From Octopus vulgaris (lineage: Eukaryota), in contig OX597819.1 of the NCBI GenBank assembly GCA_951406725.2, forward strand, positions 46,066,001 to 46,130,000: a stretch of DNA of 64,000 nt. The letters are read 5' to 3'. Of this stretch, positions 54,537 to 64,000 are shown one piece after another. The notes below the pieces were generated by a model. That model did no database searches and was not told the origin of the DNA. It worked only from the letters and a program-made list of their open reading frames with translations. Every line of letters begins with the position of its first letter. Position 1 is the first letter of the stretch. The translations under genes were made by a program, and so were the position numbers.

Positions 54537-54840
54537 CTAGGACTGAAAAATAAGTACTGGGGTCGATTGAAGACGGTGCCCCGCGTAGCTGTAGTCGAAT
54601 GACTGAAAGAAATAAAATAATGTAAGTAGGTACCTGCGTGCGTCCGAGTCACCACGACCGCAGTTGACCACTGGTGTTGGCTTGCTTACGTTCTTATAAC
54701 TTAGTAATACAGCAAAAGAAACCGACAGTATAAGTACTAGTCTTCAAAAGTTACAGTGTCAGTAGGGGGGCGGTTTATTTCATTAAAACCCATCTAGGAT
54801 TTGCCCCAGCATGGCCCCAGCTCAATGACCAAAGCAAGTG
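54160..54840 (+). mobile_element. Nested or fragmented SINE family A copies
   Basis: Heads at about 54165 and 54350, tails at about 54545-54615 and 54660-54835. Confidence 0.7.
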
Positions 54841-55015
54841 GAAGAGAAACATTCTAAGCTTAAATATTGATAAAGCAACACAGTTAAATCGGAAATAGAA
54901 GTCAGGAAACTCGATTTAGCTGAACGGGTACAGGTGAATGTATCCATACACGTACACATGGATACATACATACATACATACGGACGTACATACACGCATT
55001 CATTCATGCATACGG

Positions 55016-55046
<31 letters not shown>

Positions 55047-55788
55047 CATATATGTAGATAGATGTCACATGATAACGCGACCGACTAGGCTGTCAGATGT
55101 TATTACGCACCGCTAGTCACAATGCGTTTTGCATTGTTTTAGCCTTCAAATGACGCTACCCCATTGGCTAGGTGAGCAGGCCAACAACCTCCCCACCCCC
55201 ACTGAAAGATAGAGCAATGTGAAATTAAGTGTTTTGCTCAAGAACGCACAACGCAGATCTGGTTCGGGAATTGAATCCACGATCTGTCTATCTATCTATC
55301 GCTTGAAGTCGATGAGCAAATGACTAAACTAGAAAATTAATTGGTGGGTTAATCTTTCTTTTGGGGTACCATGGTGTGTAAATAAAAAGAAAATATCAAT
55401 TTCTCTTCTTTATTTTATGTATTTGTTTGCACTCTGATGTGGCTTCATGTATCAGATCGGAATTATAGTATATGACGAATATTATTCCAAGACTTTTTTT
55501 TTGGCTGCGCCGACAATCATTGGAAGCAGAAACGGCTGTTAGAAACGTTAAAGTTTTGTATATAAAAAATAATAATCAATGGTACTCAATTTGTTTGTTG
55601 ATCAAGAATTTTATCCATTTTCTGTTTAACTTAAATTTGATTCCTGATAAACTCTTGTTTATTTTGTTATTACCTGTATCCCATGAGCATAGTATGCTTG
55701 CATATGCATGTCCAGAGTTAACATATGTGATTTATACCGGTAGTAAAAACGGATATTCCTATCCCTTAGACGGTTATTCCAACTTACT

Positions 55789-55855
<67 letters not shown>

Positions 55856-55913
55856 CGGAGATGTACTTGCATAGCAAGTGACCTGATCTGAGATCGTGTG
55901 CTGGAACGAAAAT

Positions 55914-56190
55914 TATTGCAGCTTTGAAGGTGTTTATAACCCATTTAAAATACACAAAATCCGTTAGATTCACTTCAACATTTAAATTTAATTTGTCAAA
56001 ATATTTTCGTCGCTTTGAAACTGTGGCCTGTTCACTGACAAAATTTCGTACAGCACGGAATTTTGTGAGTGAACAGGTCACGGACTTAAAGCAAGGAAAA
56101 TATTTTGGCAAATTAAATTTAAATGTTGAAGTGAATCTAACGGTTTTTGTGTGTTTTAAATATTTATAAACACCTTCAAAACTGCAATAA
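55914..56190. repeat. Long imperfect palindrome (about 135-bp arms, loop of a few nt near 56052)
   Basis: attgcagctttgaaggtgtttataa...ttcactgacaaaatttcgt versus acggaattttgtgagtgaac...ttataaacaccttcaaaactgcaat; (TA)n flanks. Confidence 0.9.
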
Positions 56191-56217
56191 TAACACCTTC
56201 CACGTTGCAATTGTATA

Positions 56218-56260
<43 letters not shown>

Positions 56261-56594
56261 GCCCCCTGCCCGATGGACGGTGCTGAGTTGTCAAACATTT
56301 AAACCAAATTTTCTGAAAACAACTTGTTCGACCGTCCCATAGGCCTCCCTTTTCAGAAACACTGATTTAACCTAAATTTGAGACACCAGCAAAAGAAGAA
56401 ATAAAGAAAGACTTTTTTCTATTCCAAAGAAAAACGATTTTATTCACACAAATATGCAACCGAAGAGTTTAAAGTACCAGTAATAATAAGGCTGTTGACT
56501 GGGAGAACACAAAGATGGTTTACACAGTAAGCTTGGCAGGAAAAAACGTGCCTTTAAGCAGTACAAAAACAACAAAAAATGGAAGGTGCAGTCA

Positions 56595-56690
56595 AGGGCC
56601 CGGGAACAGGGGGTGCAGCGGGTGCACCTGCACCCCTTGGAATTTTCAGGTGGTGCAAGATCAAAATTTGCACCCCCTACATAATTTTAC
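56595..56690 (+). mobile_element. Possible hAT-like terminus
   Basis: GC-rich gggcccgggaacagggggtgcagcgggtgcacctgcacccc with repeated tgcacc motifs. Confidence 0.3.
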
Positions 56691-57739
56691 CAGTTTCAGA
56701 AAATAGTGTCTAAAGAATTATCTGTATAAGATGCTTGAAGCTAGATTTCGTTTCAAAGCAAAAACAAAGAACAAAAATAAATAAAGTGATGAAGCTGGGC
56801 TTAAAATTCCCAAGGGAATTTATGACTAACCAACTTCTGAAGCAAAGTAGCGTCAAAATAAAATGTATGTGACAACAACAACAGTAGCAGCAAACAACTA
56901 GAACAACAATATGACCAGCATCTACGGCTACCCTTCAATACATAGCATTACTTGGATTCTTGAAGACAGCTCTATTCTCACAAAAATATCTCCAAAATCT
57001 TGCAATGCTGAAAATGTGTGAAGGTTCTTGTCCTCTCTCAGTCTGTCACCTCTCTCAAGTTCTTTGAAGTTGGTGTTGCTAAAGACTGACGACATGGTTG
57101 AATGGATTCGACTGTTTGACCTCAGCCTAAAAATAAAAATCCTTTAAAAATTCTTTCAGTCATATCGGTTTTCTCATTTAGGTTGTTAGGTCTAAAGTTT
57201 GACAAGGGAACAAAATGATTTATTTTTATCTTTGATATTTAATGTTCATTGTTAAATGCTTTGATACATATTACTCATTCGAAATACTAGTCAAGTTTAA
57301 TAAAAAAAAAGATTTTGAAAGGAAACATTTAACTATAAATGATTGCAGACCAACCCCAAAATTACCTAATTTGCAAAGAAATGTATTCGACAATTTCAGA
57401 CTAATTTATATAAAAAGGAAATGATATTAAAAGCATTACCTAACGTCATCCTGACGCGGTTAACCACGAAGATCATTTCAGAGGAGCTTTTTTTTACTCA
57501 CAAGTCTAACCCTAGCTGAAGCCAGCACACAGGCTAATATGCTTTTAACAGGGGTCTTTAATTTTACTAATCTTAGCTGGTCCGAGGATTATATCCAACC
57601 TGGAACCAAGCAACTGATGTGGAGGGATATAAACCCTTTCCTCGATACAACAAAAGACTTTCCCATACAACAAATTATTACCTGTCCAATTAGGGGAAAA
57701 CAGCATACTCGACTTTGTTTTTATTCTCAATGTTCATGT

Positions 57740-58870
57740 CATTCCCACAGTTATTTCCAACCAAAGCATTATACAATTATCTCTATATGGTACAAAGAAA
57801 TATCCGACTAGCAGCATGGGTTTCTACCCTGAAGATCTTGCCTAACAAATCTTCTCCTTCTTGAAGAATGGATTACAAGGACCATGGATGAAAAAAACTT
57901 GGTGGGCGTGGTATTTTTGGACTTCGCAAAGGCAATTGACTCCGTTAATCACTGACTTATCTTGCGCAAACTTCGAGCATTCAAGATTCATCCATTGGTG
58001 ACTTTGTGGATTTCTTCCTTCCTGAGCTATCGAACCTTTTGGGTGCAGATAAATGGAGATCTCTCAGCGAGACGAATGCATGCAGTGGCGTTCCCCAGGG
58101 GTCGGTGATGGGGCCAATACTTTTCCTTCTCTATATCAACGACCTGTCAGATTTTCTTGATGGAAGAGTTCTCCTATTTGCAGACGACGTCAAACTTGCC
58201 TCACCTATGAATCAATACGACATACTCCAATTGTTGCTTAACCGAGCTTGGAATTGGGCGGAAGAATGGAATCTGAACTTGAACGCCACAAAATGCAGCC
58301 ATTCGCCAATAGGTTCACCTCCAAACTTTCCCTTGACTATTGGCCACAAACATCAACATCTTAAGATGGTCACTGAAGAAAAGGATCTGAGCATAATGAT
58401 CGATGCTACTTTCAAACTACCACGGCAGGGCATCGAGGCGGCGAACAAAGCCAGAAGGAATCTTTTCCTCATCCACCGATCCTTTGCTAACCTTTCAATG
58501 GACGTCTTTTGGCCTGTATATATCACTCTAGTTCAACCCATCCTCAAACATTACATCCATACTTCAAACCCATATCTTCAGAAAGACATTCGGCACTTGG
58601 AATGGGTTCAGCACTTGGCCACCCGAATTGGCGCGGGCTTGTCTAAGCTTGCGTAAGAGGAACATCTCCGACGGCTGGCATTGCTATCACTCAAACGACG
58701 GAGGATGCAGGAAGATCTCATCCGACTTTCAACGTCTTCAACGGACATGTAAGCCTACCATTTGCGGAGAATTTCACCCCTGCGCCGGATAGAAGTCTTA
58801 GTGGGCATGATCGCAAACTCTATCCCCGACACTTTTGTTTCAACAGGCGGAAGGCCGCATTCTCTGCCCG
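57740..58870 (+). mobile_element. CR1-like LINE RT fragment, disrupted
   Basis: QHGF, FLDFAKAIDSVNH, SGVPQGSVMGPILFLLYINDL, LLFADDVKL, EKDL, LEWVQHLATR. Confidence 0.88.
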
Positions 58871-58929
58871 TATCGTAGCCCCGTGCATGATCCAAGCGAA
58901 TTCTTTGATCCCACAACTCAAGTGCAGAG

Positions 58930-59990
58930 ACACAACTTAAAATTAATATCATGGAAGTTGATATACTTGCGGCTATTAATGATTTAGGCCCAAACTCAGC
59001 ATCTGTACCAAATAGTATTCCAGTTATATTGCTAAAAAACTTGCCAAAACTACCTCATGAAATCATTAAAGGTACTGTTTCAAAAGTCGCCAGATACCGC
59101 CATATTCCCGAGACTATTGAAAGAAGCTATAATAAAACCTATATAGGTACAAAGGAGGTAGCAGTGCTGAAGCTAAAAATTACAGACCTGTTTCCCTCGC
59201 GTCTTAAACGTCTAAAATTATCCAATGCCTTGTCCGAAGACAAAAAGTAATAACATACCTGGAGGAAAACAACTTAGATGACACTCGGCATAGGATTCGG
59301 ACTGAACGAAGTTGCCTCTCACAATTCTTACAGCATCATAACACTACCTTTAATAATCTCTTAAGGGGAAAGATCATTGACTGTTAAAACCTTGATATTG
59401 TTAAGGTGTTTGACAAGACTAATCATGGAATCATCTGTCATAATTTAGGAAATCTTGGTATCACAGGAAAAGTCGGAGAATGGTTCTTTAACTCTCTATA
59501 TGGTAGGAGTCAACCTATTACTGCAAATGGATTTCTCCCTAAGTTACCAGTAATACGTCGAATACATCAGGGAATAAATTACACAAGAATATCGATGGCT
59601 AGGATATAAACCAGAAACATATGAAAATTAGTACATCAAAGTTTCAGCTTCTTAATTACAAACGAATTCACCCAAATCGCAATATTTGACACAAGGTAAC
59701 ATAATGATTCTGGGAACAACCTTGGGTACCTTTTTGAATTCCATATGACAAACACTCACGGACATGCTTATAAAATCAAAAAACAACACAGCACCCATGA
59801 CTTTCGGAATCAATTTTTCATGCTCAGAATTGCAGAAGCATGGAATAAACCTCCTGCATCAGTTGTTAGCTGTCAATACACTAGATCCTTCAAAACTTCC
59901 ATGTGTCCTGAAATCCGCCAACAGTACACCTAATGGCCATTTTTTTCTTTTTAGTTGTAGTGCACCTGAGCACTGAATACAACAATTTCC
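58930..59990 (+). mobile_element. Further CR1-like LINE fragments including a 3' end
   Basis: RSCLSQ...VFDKTNHG...LGITGKVGEW; THGHAYKI...RNQFFMLRIAEAWNK. Confidence 0.7.
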
Positions 59991-60409
59991 CTTATCATTA
60001 TATATGTGTGTTTGTTGACTTTCTGTGCAACATTTTATGGTTGTTAGTCAATGTAATGTCACACACTCACTTCTGTTCCCACTCAGTGGTACCCTACACA
60101 GTGTTCAATATTTGGTACCCTACACAGTGTTCAATATTTTCTATCTATTTCTCTGTCCTTCTCCTCTCCCCTCTATCTACCTCTCTACCTATCTGCTGCT
60201 TTTCTCTCTTTACTGCCTTCCATTTCTTCCTCTGTCCATCTCTGTCACCTACCTACTGTCTATCTTTATTCCCTTATTTCTCCGCACTCTCTTTTTCTTC
60301 CTACTTGCTCTTCCCTAACCTTCTCTACTCTCTTTCTTCACTTTTTTGGTACCAAAAGACAATCCAATTTTTTGTCCCTCATCGTTTTTCTACTTGACCA
60401 GTGCATAGT

Positions 60410-60610
60410 TAAGACATCATCGTTTAATGTCCATTTTCCATGCTAGAATAGGTTGAATGGTTCGACTGGAGCCTGGGAAGCCAGGAGGCTGCACCAGGCT
60501 CCAGTCTGATCTGGCAGTGTTTCTACAGCTGGATGCCCTTCCTAACGCCAACCACTCTGAGATTGTAGTGGGTGCTGTCTTTACGTGCCACCGGCACAGG
60601 GGCCAATTTC
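60410..60610 (-). mobile_element. 3' tail of an RTE-type LINE or SINE
   Basis: gctggatgcccttcctaacgccaacc motif and ...taaacgatgatg end. Confidence 0.6.
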
Positions 60611-60914
60611 CTGCCTAGTACTCATTTCAGATCCCCAATTTATCTTTTCACTTTTCATTCTTTTCTTTCCTTCTAACTTCCTTCCCTCTACCCCATCTCT
60701 CTATCCTTCTCCTGAGCCTTCTCATTGTACCTTTGGAATACAAGCAGCACTATTTTCTTCCCTTTTTTGTTAGTTTTTGTCATGTAGTGTCCCACATTTT
60801 GAAATTATTGCAATTTGTATTTTTACTGCTTATTTTAGCTCTGCTTGATACATTTCCAAAATTAAACATTTTAATATGCAAAATATACTTCACATTATTA
60901 TGTATACTATGCAT

Positions 60915-61410
60915 TAATGCAAAAAATATTGTGTTTATTGGCTATCTTCAAAATGATCACACCATCAATGGAAAATTTCAATACCAACTTCCTAAGGCAG
61001 TTATAAAAGGCTATGAAGACCAAACACCCAGAAAAACTGATGAATGGGGTCTTGTTTCATTAGGACAATGCTTCAGCACACAAGTCCTTGGTTTCAATGG
61101 CTGCTGTATGTGACTGGCTTTGAACTGGTTGATCATCCTCCCTATGTTAGTGATTTGGTTCCTTCTGGTTATCATTTGTTTCCCAACATAGAAAAACACT
61201 CAGTATCACTATGATGATAACATCTTATCTCTTTTTGATGACCATTTTGATCAACAGAAAAGCTTCTTCACCAGTGCGACCCAAGCACTGCAACTACTAA
61301 TGGAAGTGTATGGACAGTAAGAGGAACTATGTTAGAAAATGAACTTCATTTGGTCACATTCCATTGAGAGTGTCTTACTCAGATTATGAACATTTCAGCC
61401 GATCCTCATA
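60915..61410 (+). mobile_element. Mariner 3' fragment with TIR
   Basis: IVFIGYLQNDHTING, VLFH*DNASAH, FELVDHPPY..DL.PS.YHLFPN; ends tatgaacatttcagccgatcctcata. Confidence 0.8.
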
Positions 61411-61479
61411 GTAATAAAAATTATTATACCTGCATTTGTTTTAATGTTAACATTGGAAAAATCCACATTTTTCATTATA

Positions 61480-61753
61480 AAAATTAGGACCTGGGTTTGT
61501 AACCCCTTAGGAAATGTTGTTGCTGGGCCACTGGGTGCAGTTATGTACAGGTTGACGGAAGAAAATCAGGACAAAAATGGCTTTATCAATCGCATTCTCA
61601 CCTGGAATAAATTTTTGTAATTTTTTCAAGACTTACACACGCCCTGATACCGTCGGTATCTACATATCAAATTTGAGCGCAATCGGATGGAGGATGTCCG
61701 AGATCCTAGAAGACACACACACAGACAGACGGAACGGATTTTATATAATAGAT
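61480..61753 (+). mobile_element. Helitron/Helentron-like end fragment
   Basis: caaatttgagcgcaatcgg...acagacagac...ttatataatagat resembles the 3' end of 50402-50785. Confidence 0.5.
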
Positions 61754-61989
61754 AAGCGATTCAACACACACCGCGCGTACACGCGCACACACACACATAT
61801 ATCAGCCGCAATTATTTAATGCATAAACACTGCGTATTTGTCGGTAGGCTGCGAATTAGCGTGATGGGGAATACTCTGTCAAAGCCCTGGGTGTTTAAAC
61901 ACCTGAAAGTCAAAGTTAGGCGAGATAACTCACCTCCAATCTTCTCCATGAATGTCGTAATTTAACACCCGGCTCTTTGAGATAGTATT

Positions 61990-62840
61990 TATTCTTTAGT
62001 AATATGCTTGTTGCCTCTGGTGATGCTGTTTTCTACATATTATGCTTCATGAATTCGTCATGTAGTTCCATTTCTTTCCATTTGTTTATGCTGCTGCTCT
62101 TCCTCTTCTGTTTGAAGTTTCGTACTGTTTCAAGCAATTTTAGAGTGTTTCTGACTGCCGACACTATTTTGTTTTTTATTCTGCACAATATGTCTTTTCA
62201 GACCCAGTAACGCAGTATTAACACTGTCTTCTGTGGTTCGTAATCCTTTGCCGCCTTCTTTTCTTGGCAGATGGAGCCGGTCGGTATTAATTTTAGAGTG
62301 CAGTATGTTGTGCATTGTATACAGCATTGTAGTTCCACTACTCCCAAGTTTTGTAGCTCGACCTTTGTCCATTTCAGAAAAGGAACAGAATATCTCAATA
62401 TTGGCACAGCCCATATGTTTATGGTTTTAATAATGTTCGCATCATTTAATTTTATGTTACGTACTTTTCTAATTCTCCTGTACTCTTTAGTGTACTCTTT
62501 AGAGACTTGCCCCTTTCATTTCTTGTTCCATTATCCTCTCGTCTTGCAGCACTTCTAGATAATTGTATCCCTCTATTCTACAGCGATTTAATGATGTTGT
62601 CTTCTGGTAATATTCAACCACCAGAGTTTACCTTCCTGCCTCCATAATTAGTACGGGGCAATTATTTACTCCAAACTACATTCCAATATCATTGCTGAAT
62701 ATTCTCACTGTTTGGATGAAAGAATCTTGGTCTATCGCATTGTTTTTTGTATATAGCTTGAGGTCATACATATAAAGTAGGTGGTTTATTCTCATCTTGG
62801 ATTTGGTTAATCTTTATACTTTAATCAAGTATACTCAGAA
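61990..62840 (-). mobile_element. R4/Dong-like LINE fragment, decayed
   Basis: NHLLYMYDLKLY, TVRIFSNDIGM, PILRYS...W, DRLHLPRKEGGKGL. Confidence 0.75.
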
Positions 62841-62912
62841 ATTTTGGGGTATCCGATTCAGATTCTCCTCTCTCGTTCAGTAACACAATTCATGAATCTT
62901 ACTTACATATGT

Positions 62913-63169
<257 letters not shown>

Positions 63170-63170
<1 letters not shown>

Positions 63171-63830
63171 CGGTGAGCCGGCAGAATTGCTAACGCGCTG
63201 GACGAAATGGTTCGCGATATTTCGCCTGCCGCTACGTTCTGATTTAAAATTGCACCGAGATCGACTGTGCCTTTCATCCTTACGCAGTCGATAAAATATG
63301 TACCAGCTGAGTACTGGGTTCAATGTAACCAATAATCCCCCAATAGTAGAAAGGATTATTATTTTTATAATCATAAAGCCGGTAATCTGGCAGAATCGTT
63401 AGCGCGCTGGACGAAATGTTTAGCGGTATTTCGCCCGCTGGTACCTTCTGAGTTCAAATTCTGCCGAGGTCGACTTTACCTTTCATCCTTTTGGGGTCGA
63501 TAAATTAAATACCTATTTCTTTACTACCCACAAGGGATTAAACACAGAAGGGACAAACAAGGACAGACAAACGGATTAAGTCGATAATATCGACCCCAGT
63601 GCGTAACGGGTACCTATTTAATCGACCCCGAAAGGATGAAAGGCAAAGTCGACCTCGGCGGAATTTGAACTCAGAACGTGGCGGCAGACGAAATACTGCT
63701 AAGCATTTCGCCCGGCGTGCTAACGTTTCTGCCAGCTCGCCGCCTTAAATTAAATACCAGTTCCGTACTGGGGTCGATGTAAACATTTTACAGCCTCCCC
63801 ACAAAAATTGCTGCCCTTATGGCAAAATAT
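63170..63830. mobile_element. SINE family B cluster with an antisense copy nested in a sense copy
   Basis: Minus copy 63514-63745 is flanked by the direct repeat taaattaaatacc (63501-63513 and 63746-63758). Confidence 0.85.
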
Positions 63831-63843
63831 GAAGCCATGATTG

Positions 63844-63966
<123 letters not shown>

Positions 63967-64000
63967 CCATCATAGATGGTGTTGTTCTCAGTTTACCACC

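Overview
AT-rich, microsatellite-saturated eukaryotic DNA, almost entirely intergenic or intronic. The SINE families resemble those I recall from Octopus (inference, no database check). No host gene can be called with confidence; there is one candidate His/Gln-rich terminal exon at about 36.9-37.4 kb (minus strand). The window is dominated by tRNA-derived SINEs, decayed LINEs (RTE, CR1-like, R4/Dong-like), mariner relics and Helitron/Helentron-like elements. The main structure is a set of Penelope-like retroelements (PLEs) from three apparent clades: Penelope/Poseidon-like at 3.5-5.0 kb, Naiad-like at 12.1-14.1 kb and Neptune-like at 41.4-45.9 kb. Each is 5'-truncated and bracketed by inverted pseudo-LTRs (pLTRs) carrying minimal hammerhead-ribozyme (HHR)-like motifs. 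Several solo or foldback pLTR relics also carry variant HHR cores. One pLTR contains a tRNA-like Pol III cassette upstream of its HHR. Most supplied ORFs are microsatellite artefacts. Coordinates of decayed elements are approximate, and clade names rest on recalled motifs.
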